A stretch of 64,000 nucleotides of DNA from the NCBI GenBank assembly GCA_036172245.1, contig JAYWIR010000012.1, positions 558,001-622,000 of the forward strand. Direction: 5' to 3'. The notes beneath the pieces are model-generated. The model saw nothing but the letters and a program-made list of their open reading frames with translations, was not told the DNA's origin and made no database searches. Numbering within the stretch: the stretch's first letter is position 1; the number at the start of each line of letters is the position of its first letter. Positions 46,425-58,395 of the stretch are shown piece by piece. Made by a program: the position numbers and the translations under genes. This DNA comes from Raillietiella orientalis. Its lineage: Eukaryota.

Positions 46425-47185
46425 GCCAACCTCTCCCCGTACTGCACGGTGGATGAGGTGTGCAACAGCCAGGAGAAGTAGACTCGCCTGGCCGTCACGC
46501 CCCTCGCCGACGCGCTGTCAGCCCTCAGGGCAAGAGATGACAGCTGCCTACCGGTAGGGTGGGAGGTCGCCTGCACCATCGCAGGAACAACACGACCTAT
46601 TGGCGGCTGGAGGACTTGCGAGCTGGCAGACGCCGCCACGCCTCGCAACAACGCGAAGGGACTCCTTCGGTGGAGCGAACTTTTGAGTGTGCCTCCGAAG
46701 AACTTGTGGTCCCTCCCTCTTGTTTGAACACTTCCGTGTTCCCTCTAAACTGGAAACAGGACGTCATCATGCTGGTGCATTGGGGTTTTCACTCCAACCA
46801 GCGGACGAACCGTGTTTCCGGGGGAGTTGTCTCCCCAAGCTGTAAGCGGTGCGGGGAAGTGGAAACGCTCCCGCACCTGCTCCTGGACTGCGGTTCCCTC
46901 CAAGGACTGTGGCGGAGGCTGGCCTCAGCTCTCCTGCACCAGGGGGACACCGCGAGAGACTTGATGCGCCGCTTCTTCACGCCAGGCGGCCTGTCTTTCG
47001 GTGCTGTCGTTGCAACCGTGTGTTGCACGCGCGCCATCGACAAGGCCCACCGAGAGTTGGAGAAGCTGGCCATCCTTCGTCAGCCCACCGGACTAGCCAG
47101 CGCAAGCATGTCGTCGGCTGCCGAGTGGGCCCACCTACCAGAGAGCGTGAGGAGAGAGATCGCCGGCATCCATAGCCAGTTCTGA
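46425..47185 (+). pseudogene. ORF2 C-terminus with zinc finger, disrupted by stops (46422, 46479) and a frameshift near 46695
   Basis: CKRCGEVETLPHLLLDC; sister copy at 58.6-59.7 kb has TGC and TGG at the two stop positions. Confidence 0.88.
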
Positions 47186-47412
47186 AGGAAAGGAACGTCC
47201 CAAACCAAAAACCCCTGTCCCCTACCCTCCCCAAATCTTTATTTCTATTTTTTATATGTGTATTTGTGGTCCCCTCCCTCCCGTTCCGGACTTTCGGCAT
47301 ACCGACCTGCGTGTCGGGGATCCCACCCCCTTCGTCTCTTGTTTTTCCCTTTGTCCAGGAACTCTGTTCCCGGATAGTTTTTAATAAACGCCCCGGCGCA
47401 CCCGGGTGATAA

Positions 47413-48278
47413 TCAGTGGCAGGAAGAAACTCTTGAAGGCGTGGACATTCAGAAGTTTTGTTGGACGCTGCAACCCCGAGTGTCCCGCCTAAAAAACTTG
47501 TGCGCTGGGACGAGCTACTCGGAATGCCTCCAGAGTTGAAATGACCGTCAACGCATTGGGGCAACGGCAGGCGACCCTTTGGATTGGCAGGCGACGGCGA
47601 TGCTAGTGCTGGACTGGGGACTCCTTTGCAGAGCACCCCTCTCCCACTGGACATCGGAAGTATAGATGCCGATTGTCCAGGGTGCGGGGAACGGAAAACC
47701 TTCCCCCACCTTCTCATCTAGTGTGTTGCTCTCCGCACCATGTGTGATCGACTCTCGTTGATTCTGAACACTACGGTGGCCGACCCAAAAGACATTTTCC
47801 GTCGCCTCCTGATTCGGGACGCCCTGCCAGGAGCCGCGTATGTTGCAGTTCTCTGCTGCATACATGGAATCCTCGAGAAGTGGACTGCGTCGACGAGAGA
47901 ACACAATAGCTGGAATGCCATTCACTGGGTAGTCATCTCCATGGAGAAGGCTTCCCGTTGATGCCGTCTAAGGACATCATGACCTGCACTGTTTGCATCC
48001 AAAAGCGTATGCAGAGGACTCCTCGCGGTGGCGTGTGATCCCTTCCCTTCCCTCCCCTAAAACATTGCCCCTCCAAGTCTTTTTGTTTTTTGTGTGTCTT
48101 TTTTTCTGGTTTTCCCGCCCCTTCGCCTGCGAAGAGGTCCTGACCGGCCGGTAAGAACAAGTGTTCCTTGACAGGCAGAACCACGTGTTCTGCATGAAAA
48201 AACTTAAAAAACTGACTTTATTATGAAATTTTATATTAAATTTTAATAAAAAATGTTCCAGCAAATCCGGGTGAAAAA
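47413..48278 (+). mobile_element. Tx1-like family A 3' fragment (older)
   Basis: DAATP, CPGCGERKTFPHLLI, RDALP; AATAAA...TCCGGGTGAAAAA end. Confidence 0.78.
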
Positions 48279-48849
48279 CCTCGGCGCAACCCAATCAATG
48301 CTCAACATTACCGACAATGAAAGACATTAAGTAGAGGATGATGGCCTCATGCAGACTCTTCTTAGGCTAAGAGAACAGCCGCTCAAGCGTTCGAACTAGG
48401 ACTGTCACATGCTGACATCTGCGAGAACTCTTGGCTTCCTGTTTCCTGCAATCTCCTCCGGGCGACAGCAAGCCAACGTCGTTCTAGCGAGGCTACACAC
48501 TATTGCATTAAAAAGTTCGATCCCAGTTTTTAATGCAGTAATGCTTTGTAATGCTTTGAATAGGAAGAAAGCGAGCAGAGCCCCTGATAGAAAGTCTGGA
48601 TACGATTACAGGGATACCGAAGTTTTTGAATATCGCCAAGGCAAATTGTCAGAAGTAAAATGGCGCACAACAACGGGTTTTGCAGCTTCCAAATCGAATT
48701 TCAGGAGCCAAATTTTGCTACTAACTTGCTTTTGCATCGGAGATCTGCTTCTGCTCATCTCCAGGCAGCAAAGGATGAAACGTCAATGATTATTGCTATG
48801 GAGGTTTGTTCTCTCATTCGACGCAGGCAATGACGAAAGCGCATTGGTA

Positions 48850-50400
48850 AGTTTAAGGTGGAAAAATGCAAAAGCCAGAAGCCGAAGAGCCCTCGCACTC
48901 CCTTCCACACACCTGAAATCATCCTCGAGTAAATGGATAGGGTTCGACTACCTAACGGCATTTACAGAACGATTTTCATTCAGAGTTCGTAGCCCGCTAC
49001 TAAAGACGGCACAGGGCAAAGTTCAGGTATCTGGATCAGTAGTCATATTATCCACCTTTCTGTCATTTCCAAAAGCTCTCGTAGCCTCTTCAGAATTCGG
49101 GGTCATGCAGGCGACCCCTCCGAAGCATTACACTTTGAAGTGACGTCATCCCGTTCCACATTAAATCGTCCACACTGCCACTGGAAGAGCCTCCCTACTC
49201 GCTTCCCGACTTCCAGCACGTTTCCAGAGGTATCTCCGTTCAGATTGGCTTCCCTTTTGACACAGTTGGGTGATTTTCCGTTGACTCCTTTCAACTCTCT
49301 GACGCCGAAGACCTGCTCAATCGCGCAAATAGAATGTCGCAAAGTTCTCCGAGAGTGACGGAAAACAAACTCCTTTTCTGAATCCGGTCTTTAAGACTGG
49401 GCAGTAGCATTGCTAGAGGAATCCAGAGCCTGCTTCTCAAGAGTGCAAGACCTCTGCAAACACGCAAACTGCTTTACTGCAAGGCAGACGATCGCATCTC
49501 GCTTCAAGAAGATTTCTTCCGTACCCACTGTGACGTCATGGAAGACGCGCGCGCGTAGCAAACCAAACTCGAGACTCGGAGTGCTCCTCCATCGCGCGCC
49601 GCCAGCCTTAAAAGAAAGAAAGTCCTTCCACGTGCAGCCATAATCACTGCCTCTTTTCGATCGTATCGCGGTCCGGTGCAAGGGACGGTCAGCCCAACCC
49701 TTCTTCGATTCGACCCTCGGCCTTTTTCAGTATACGAGGATCGAACAGCGCTTGCAGCGCAACTGCGCTTCCCAATCGAAAAGTGCAACGCCGTTATTTT
49801 CTGGAGAAAGCCGTTGCAAGAGAACACGGAAGACATGTTTTCCTGTCTGCATCGAATTCTTCGGCATTCACCCGCTCGAAGAGGTGGACACACTGATCTC
49901 GGTTTTCGAACAACGGCTTTTCCAACTTTCAGACAACACCTTTTCCGAGAGTTTGGAGGAACGCCGCACTCAAGTGGAACGTGGGCAGTACTCGCAGGCA
50001 TGACTTTGGTTCCTCGGAGCATGGGCAGAGAGGTGCGATCACTCATTGGCAACGCAGCATCCGCAACACTTGACGCACGTCGTCTCAGATGTGCGGAATC
50101 GCTCTCTGTGGTTCGGAGTGTGCGCCAGGAGGCATGAAACTTTGTGAGAGCGGGCGCTTAGCGAAGGTTTGCGGTTGCAGCTCCAAGTAATGCTGGTTCA
50201 CATGATGCAACACAGGATGCTGTGGCTACCGTTCAAAATCGTGAGGAACTTTCCATGCCTGAAATGAGATGGCTTTCCGAGTTCCAACTGCTCTTCTCGA
50301 ATGCACGCCAAGTCACCGCGCTTCCTTCTCAGGTCAAGGCGATCTGGGTTGCCAAGGTTTGCTTGTACGGACCGTCGTTTAGACCAGCCCGCAAGTTACT
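48850..50400 (+). pseudogene. Decayed CR1/Jockey-like LINE RT
   Basis: LKSSSSKWIGFD, LSVISK, DDRISLQEDF and LRFPIEKCNAVIFWRK...TDLGF......FRQHL. Confidence 0.4.
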
Positions 50401-51057
50401 CAAGTGCGAGCTCGTTCCTTCCTTGCATCCGCCTGTTGTCCGCCGTGGCATGCGTCCACATGCGACACCAGCCATCTCTTTCTCTTGTAGTCGGCTGCAT
50501 CACGTGCTTCTTCGTTACTTTCTCGAGTTTCTCGATGGACGGTCGCGGATGCCATCGTCGGTTGTCGGTTGCGTCGCGTTCGTTAGTCGTGTCCTGAGGA
50601 CATCCGGCTTCGTCGAGCGGGAAGCACCCGCGCAGATGCCCGCTTTCGAAACCCTTCTTGTAGCTTAACAAATTCTGCTGGCGATTCCCATCACTTGGAT
50701 GCATTCGATTGCCATGGTGGCCTCATCCCTACTGGCTCTTTGCGCGCGTTTGCTGGGCGAACACGCTCGAGTTTGTGCGTGCGATCAGTCAACTGGCAAT
50801 TTCCGTTCTGCCCGAAGAAAGGCTGGCTGTCGAGCGGACGATGACGCTGACGTCACCTGGAAGCTGCTCCTCCCTGCGAAACCATTTCCGCGGAAAGTGA
50901 GGCCACAGTCTTCCTAGTTGACTTTTTCATAGCCATGGGCCGAGCCTTTGGTTTGTTTTCTGGGACGCGCCTTGCATTCTTTTTGAGGCACTGACTCATT
51001 TGTGCTGCTCAGTTTACCGATGGTGTGAAAGGGTTGTTGAATTCATTTTCTTTTCAG

Positions 51058-51690
51058 GTTGCTGCTATGTTGATGTGCTCGACTCCAAGTGCTACTAATG
51101 CTGCTGTTGACATGACTGCTGTCAGGAAAGACTACACTTCAAATGTTCTTGGCTTTAATAATGCAGAGGAACTTTGCTCTTTTTATTTTGGAAACTACTT
51201 AGAAAGCTGTCGAATAGAATGGAGCAACAGAGGGTCTATCAATCACGGCGGTACTTGCTATGTGGATATCTTGGTAAGCTGATGGACCCAGGATACGAAA
51301 TGTCATATGAATTCCAGTTAGAAAAGCCTCCAGCTTTTGAGAAGATTGAGTTTTATTTTACCGGACTTCCAGGTATCTGCTCGATCTTGTATCCACAGGC
51401 TCCTACACGAAGGTATGTATGTCCCTTTCACATTCTAACTAATTATAAAGAATTCTCTGTTCTTAAAGAAAAAGAATTTTCTAAAAGCTCTTTTTCGTGG
51501 ATTCATATATACAGACTTCAGGTTGAACGAATAAATGGCAATTCTTTATGTTCAAACGGATATATGTGTGAATGGCAATCTTTTGCTCTTGCTCACAACC
51601 GATCCAGAGAATGTGCACGTGTAGGGTTGCCAGTGACTACCGGAAGCACTGAGTTTAACGTTTTGCATGCCACACATTTTGGATAAAGTT
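51058..51690 (+). pseudogene. Decayed SprT-like (Spartan-type) zinc metalloprotease
   Basis: ELCSFYFGNYLESCRIEWSNR.....GTC, then in frame C.M.SS*KSLQLLR and LLHEGMY, then after a frameshift ILTN...VERING. Confidence 0.45.
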
Positions 51691-52399
51691 CTAGAAAAGT
51701 GTAATAGTTTTCCCTCGTTTATTCCAAACATTGGTAATTCTAAATGTGCAAGATCACATTCTGAAACACATTTGGTGATATGGAACCTGCGGTCGCACGT
51801 TTAAACATGCCCTCGCATTATTTAGAGAGCGATTTTTCATGGTTCATTCCATTGCTGGATTTCCTTTAGAATACTTCCTAGCCGAAATGTTGAATAAGTA
51901 CCGTGTCAACTAAAATGTACTTGGCTACGTGATGTTCCCTTTACAATGTCATGGAACGGTGCACTTGGCTGAGGATTGTCTCCGTTTATTGATTGCTGAG
52001 AATAAAACGTATTTGCATCTCATATGAAACATTTTAGAGTCGAATTACAGCTGAACAAACGACGACATCATAGGATTCCTCCTTCTTCGGCGTTAAAGAC
52101 TTCGTGAAGGAAACTGGAAGGAAACTGAAGATGAAGAAGAAGAATGAAGGAAACTTCCACTAGGCCAACTGAAAACTTTCCTCCTTCAGCTTCATGGCAG
52201 ATGTGCAGCGGCAAGGAGGTTGACGGTCAGGCAAACCGCTATGTGAAATCCTTCAGGGCATTCTTCCAGTAGAATATTTTAATTAAAGTCAGAGTCGTTC
52301 TTGGAGAACTCCCATGGCTGCAATTCGGGTATTCAACTCCTGCTGCCGCTATTCATCCCAGTTCATTATGATGTAGAAGATCCCGCGGTAATGCTTCAA

Positions 52400-52898
52400 C
52401 AGTGAGGCCAGTTAGCTCATCGGAAAGCTCAATACCTACATCCTGCCTCGACGGAGCAAGGAAAGGGAAAGGAAGTCCTTCCCTGCGGGTGCAAACGCCA
52501 AAGGATGAGGCACACAGGCACACACCAGATAGACTCCACGATTTGACAAAAAGTGCCAGCATTCGGAACATTACTTGGGGCTCGATCTTCTCCAGCGTCA
52601 TACTTGAGCATCCTGAAGCGGCGCCACAAAGTCTTTCCTCCGCATCCGGAATTTCACAGGCCTCTACAAGGTTTCACTTGCCAGTCGCTGCGCTCAGAGC
52701 TTGCTCCACCCTTCTCGCAAAAGCACAAACCCAAGGCCCGGAGGTGGCAAGCGGCGGAAGACGAGAGGGCATGGAAGTGGTCTTACGCGACACCTTCAAG
52801 GAGGGTTGTAGCCTAGAGAGCCATCCCAGCTGGCAAAGGCAGGAGGCTATGGACCATCTGCCTGCACCCACCGTGTCCATGCCCCAACCGCCAAAAGC
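52400..52898 (-). mobile_element. Tx1-like family A ORF2 internal fragment
   Basis: TLEKIEPQVMFRMLAL matches TLERIELQVQLRMLAL of the long ORF2. Confidence 0.65.
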
Positions 52899-55217
52899 TT
52901 TTCACTTAGTTGCCCCTGGAGTTTATTTCAATAAAAAATAAAGCTACAAAAAACAGGAAGCACGCTTCCTTGTCTCGTAAATAAAAAAAGAACAAAGAGA
53001 AGTTCAGCTGTAGAAGACTTGCTGACTCCCAAGACAAAGAAGAAATTGCCCGAGCATTGAGGGAGTGAGGGAACGAACAAATAAATATTTGGTGGGAGGG
53101 AAGGGAAAACTGGAATTGCTACCCATCTTCTAAATTCTCCGCGCGATGCTGCTGATCTCTCTGATGACTTCTTGTTTCAGATAAGGCCACCTGCATGCTT
53201 TCCTTAGGTTGATCCTAGCGATGCAGGCAGCCTCTCTTCGCCGTCCGTGCGACTCCAACGGGTATCAGGCCATGAGAATGCCGCGGACGCGACACAAAGT
53301 CGGGATGACGACGGCAGATGAGAGCCCGTCTCGGCTGAAGAGATGACTCAGCAGATCAACGAGCGCATTTCCAGGTGGAGAAGAGTCGGTGCACAGAAGA
53401 CGGATGACGTCGCAGTTCATCAGCAGCCATATGGGGAAGTGATTATCTTCCTCATATGGCACTCCCCAGACACACTTCCTCTAGTCATGTGGTGCATGCG
53501 CTTGTTGCAGAAAACACCGCAATGCAAGCACAGCACCGCGACGTATTGCCACTGGAGAGGAAGTACAGAGGTGTTCAAACACATGGAAAAAACGGAGTTC
53601 TTCCGGGAACACACTGAAAGTTTTGGACCACCGGCTAATTCCCTTCGCCTGCATGCAATGCGTAGCCGCTTCGGCCAGCACTGTCGTGAAGCACCCTGCT
53701 AGAAGTTTTTCCACTCGCGCTGTGCTGCAGGAGTGCTGATGCTCCCACCTAGCCGGTAGGCAACTGCCATTGCTTTCCCATAGGGAAGACAGCGCTGCGT
53801 CCAAAGGTGCCGCGGATGTACGCGTTTACTTGGTTGGCGCGTCGAAGATTCTCTGCAGGGACATCCTGCCAAACTGCTGAATCGGAACGAGATCTTCCGG
53901 GACAAGGCTGGTGAGAGAACCCATGTGTCCAAAGACTTCTGCTGCCAGGCATTCAGGTTCTCAGGGAGGCAGGAGATCCACTAGTCGGATTCCAGAAGGC
54001 TGGAGAGCCGCTTCATAGGAAACTCCAAGAGCTTCATACCTTTTTGGTTGCCAAAAAGCAGAAATAGAAAAGCAGAAACAGATAGTCCTTCACAACCAGA
54101 TCTCACCGCAAAATGTGACGCGCGGGGAGACATCACTGCTGGTTTCATGCACTTTCCATCAGGGCGAGTCTTCAAAAATTGAGCTGCGGATGTAGCCTCT
54201 CCAACATAAAGATGCCAGGTCCGGCATCCCTCCGAGGCGCAGCAATTTCCTTGAGGCGGAAGCGGAACGTCCCAAAGGACCTTCCTCTAAAGTCCGTCGG
54301 CCTGTTGTCTCGCCTCAGCGGAAGGGGAACATTCAAAAACAAGCGGTCGGAGGAGGAGGCGACAAGAGTTCCAGATCAAGGCCGGCTACGGCAGGTAGAA
54401 CCTGCCTTCCAGAAACGGTCAAGAGCCCTCTGTGCTTCTTAAAAGTAGCAAGACTACGTTTTTACAGAGCAGAAGTCGCCAACTGGTACGCCAAGGCACT
54501 TGAAGTACCTGCCTGTAGGGATTTCAAGGAGGATGCAGTCCGGCTGCCCCCCCAACAACTCTCTAGCCGGTGCGACCGTGGACTTCGTTCTGTTGACGCT
54601 CAAGTCAACACCCCGGAGTATCAGCTCGAAGAATCCCTAGAGCTTCGTCACCGGGGTGGATCTGGAAACAGGAGAAGCAGATCGTCAGCATAGGCCGCCA
54701 CGGACAGCGTGCGCAAGCAGGACGTCGGCAGATTGACCACTGTGTTTGTGCCTGCTCAGCACAAACTCAAAGTAGGCGCCGAACAAGATGGGACTCAGGC
54801 TGTCACCTTGCCTAATTCCTCGGCACACCGGCAGGCCGAAAGCGTGGTGACCGCTAAAACCGATGTTTATTCGTGCGTCGTGCCATGGCGACCGAAAGTA
54901 CTGCAGCAAGCAGAGTGGAAGTCCGAGGAGCTCAAGAAGTTCCCGAAGGAGCTCCTGGCTCACGCATTCGAATGGTTTCTGCTGGTCCAGCCACAGCACG
55001 TCTTTGTAAAAGTTTGTTTTTTTAATAGACGCCCCGGCGAAATCCGGTTGAAAATCGAACGGTTTTTGCAAGTCGACCAAGATCGAGAGCACCAGGTTCC
55101 TCCTCCTGTCTGCGAGTACTGTTCCCCGAGCCCTTCCAGGATATCTTTTCTCTCGAAGAACAGGTTCGACTCCATGCTTTTGCGCAGAACAGCACAGATC
55201 TGCTCCGGGCTGATGAT
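52899..55217 (-). mobile_element. Tx1-like family A copy (RT to 3' end), decayed
   Basis: SPEQ, DLQKPF, GIRQGDSLSPILF, YADD, LPLQWQYVAV, LLMNC; degenerate AATAAA-hairpin end near 52900-52927. Confidence 0.82.
54983..55054 (+). mobile_element. 72-bp Tx1 3'-terminus-only insertion with 15-bp TSD
   Basis: Flanked by TCGAATGGTTTCTGC (54968-54982) and TCGAACGGTTTTTGC (55055-55069); ends AATAGACGCCCCGGCGAAATCCGGTTGAAAA. Confidence 0.85.
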
Positions 55218-56810
55218 TATCACCGTTATACCAAGGTATTTATTACAAGAGTAATAAAAGTACATGTTGCTGTAGAACTGTTGGTTTCACTGCGCACAAT
55301 AAATTTGCCGAGGATCGGTACGCAGACCGGCAAAGTCCGCTTCGGCAGCGTGGGGGAAAGGAAACAAAAACAAAAAGTAAACAAACAAAATGGGGGAGGG
55401 GACAATCGAGGAAGCGATCACGGTACGTTGTCAGGCGTCTCCGGCAGGTTCAGGATGCTGGCAAGTTCTGTCCGGATAGTGCCCAGGTGGGTCCATCTCT
55501 AGGCGGTCCTCAGGAAGATTCGCGCCCAGTGGATGGCACCTCTTCCATTTCAGACTCTTATTCCCGCGTTCCAGGATGTCACAATTCGGTACACGGAGCA
55601 GAGAACTGCTATGGACGCGGCTGGCGGCTGAGCAACGAGGCGTTTCCAAATGTCCCTGGGGCCACCTCCCGGAATATTCAGTATAGTCGACAGACGATCC
55701 CCAAAAGGTCCAACAGCAGGTGCGGGAGGGTCTCCTTCCCGCATCTGTCACACTTAACGTCTACTCTTCCCCGAGTCCAGTGGTGAAGGCGCGCTTTGCA
55801 TAGAATTCCCCCATGCAATACCAGTAACGCCGACTCCTGCCTCTTGAGGAGGAGAGTTGCACTTTTCCAGCATTCTGGGGGCAAATTCATCTCCTCCGGA
55901 GGAATGCCGAGCAGCTCTCCTCAGCGTACAAGTCCATGGGGTGGGACACTCAGGGTCGCAGCGTCCATAACTTTCCGAGTTGCCCACGCCCCAAAAAGTT
56001 TTGTTTTTGCTGCTTTACAGCAAGTCACTTCTCACCTTGCCGGGATTACACTGTCCCTTGCGTCCCTCGGGGAGAGCAAGGAGAGTAGACGAGGCCCACC
56101 GCATCTTCTTCGGGTTGCGAACGACCTCCTCCAAGGAATTGCGAGTATTGAGGCCTCGCTGTAGGCAGGCGTTCCCCGCCTCTCTCGCAGCATGGATCTT
56201 TCCCCAGGCGAAGACTGACTCCTGAAGGCAGGCAGTGCATCTCGCGAACTGGCAGGAGATCGAGGTATTCTTCAAGGCAACCATCTGGCGGAGTTCGTTT
56301 CCGCAACGCCTCAGCAATCTCTAGCGAGCGACGAGGAGGCGTGAGTTCCTCGCAGCCGGCTGCGCTCTTCGCCAGTAGCCGTGCTGGTGTGCATCAGGAC
56401 GTTGTCCATAGTTTCGCCGCAAAGGCGAGTCTCCTAAATTGGGGCCGACGTTGCATCCTCTTCAGCGTAAGGAGGCCCAGTTCGCCATCTCTACCTTTTG
56501 GAGACGGTCGGACCACGCTTCTGCTGGCAGAAGTCCCCCAACGGAACGCCAAGGTACTTCAAGTGCCCGCCCGTTGGGATCCCCAAGCGCATACAGTCCG
56601 GTCCACGCCGCACCAACTGCAACGATGAACGACGTTTCCCTGTTCACCTCAAGTCCGGTCCCGCGACTGAGCAGCTCGAAGAAGCGCTCGAGGGCAGACG
56701 CCGGGGGGGACCCTGGGAGCAGGAGCAGAAGATTGTCTGAATAAGCCGACACGGCAGGCGTGCCGGAACACGAGCTCAGCAGGGTTACCCTGCCAAGCTC
56801 GTGTCCCTTG
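55218..56810 (-). mobile_element. Tx1-like family A copy (RT motif C to 3' end), with internal deletion
   Basis: AYSDNLLLLL, CDRCGKETLPHLLLD; CGGT-CTGCGT-ACCG hairpin; AATAAATACCTTGGTATAACGGTGATAA. Confidence 0.82.
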
Positions 56811-56929
56811 TTAGATATGTCTTCCTTCCAGCTTTTTTTTTCTTTTTCGGGTTTTCCTTTTTTTGATCCGCCAAGTACCTCAGGAACCGTCGCGTCCCTG
56901 GAAGCTCACGCAGCTCTTTGACGCTGTTC

Positions 56930-57600
56930 CACGCCACCCGAAGCGCGTGTAACTCTTTAGATTGGGGGTACTACGGAAGGGAATCACTCTATAATTCTAG
57001 GAAGGATTCCAGAGAAGGGAGTCCGTTCCTATCACACCTGGGGAGGGATCCCCGAAGGGCACCTTCGCCCTAGTTGTGTCCAAAGGGAATCCCGAAGGGA
57101 AGTCTCCTCCCTTGTTCTCTCCGTAGGACCTCGGAACGGGACCGCTCCTAGTTCCCCTCTCTGAAGAGAATCCCGGAGGGGCACTTCCCAATTTTCTTAG
57201 AAGGGCGCTTCCGAAAGAAGCGGCGCGCTTCTTTGCACTCTGGAGAGGCATCATCAATCTACCGGTTCCATGGTACGAGACGAAGAGTCCATCCACGAGG
57301 GGAGAGGGACAGCTTTTTTGCACAACCAGAGGGAACTACTTGATTCTGTTTCCTGGAAGGACCCCGGAGGGTCGACTCCCAATCCCGGCCACTCATCGGG
57401 GGCATTGGGTTTGAACCGCTACCAGTGCCGCAGATGCAGAAAGAATGAATGCAGGCCAATCAGCGTCATCTTGTGGGAGGAACTCAAACCGACGACGCAC
57501 CCCCATCTCTCGGCATCGATTCTTCCGAGCCTGCGAACCCGCGACGCTTGGTGGTGCCACGAGCAGAGACCGCAACTTCGTGGCCTCCGACGCGAGGAAC
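56930..57600 (-). mobile_element. SINE family copy 7
   Basis: CAGCGTCATCTTGTGGGAGGAACTC and CCCAATCCCGGCCA blocks; many CCCGAAGGG modules; degenerate B box. Confidence 0.7.
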
Positions 57601-58395
57601 AAAACTTAATGATCCATTAACTTCTGTTGGCAACCCTGACTGCGAAGATAACTCGCAACTTCTCATTTCGTTGTACCACCACGTGAGGGCATCATTCATT
57701 TCTGGAATCTCCCCATTCACAACACAGAGAAGAGTTTACAAGTCTCAGATCACCGTATGTCGCACTTCATGGCAACTTTCTCAAGAGGTTGCATTCCATC
57801 CCGGAATACGCCCACATTGAATCAAGAGTACAAAGAATTTCCAGCAAACCGAATGTGCATACCGAGTTAAGAGAGCAGGAATACTCAGCGATGCTCTGCG
57901 TCTAACTTCGTGGCATTCATTGCGTCCCAATTACTTTGCTAGCAAATAATTGCAACCATACGCAGTAGCAGGGCACGTTCACTCTTGGACGGTTGCTCGA
58001 CGATTTCCCATATAATGAGCAATCACACAGGACTTAGCATGCCAGTTGTTTCAAAGAGCAGTGCCTCACGTCCTTTCGGGTTTTAAAGCTATCCAGTGTC
58101 CAACTTGGGACTCCCCGAAGCGCCAAGACCGGTGGGGGGTAAGCGAAAGCGTTGACTTCCTTGCGGTCACACGGAACAAGAACGAGAACTGAAACACGTG
58201 TCCGGAGGTTTGTGGTTTCAGCATACGCATGAAATGTCCACGAGGAACTCACTGGTGAAAGTCACTTTCATGGGGAAACCTGAACGGTTCCGAAACTGCA
58301 AATTGCACATCGCCCTCACCACATGCGCATTTCCATAAGCCGCCCGCGAGTGCGAACTTGGCAGCCATGTTTGAAATGCTGCTTCTTAGGCTGTT

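Larger units (their letters stand above)
43250..47412 (+). mobile_element. Tx1-like LINE family A, longest copy (ORF1 tail, whole ORF2, 3' UTR)
   Basis: ORF2 motifs plus 3' UTR ending AATAAACGCCCCGGCGCACCCGGGTGATAA. Confidence 0.92.
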
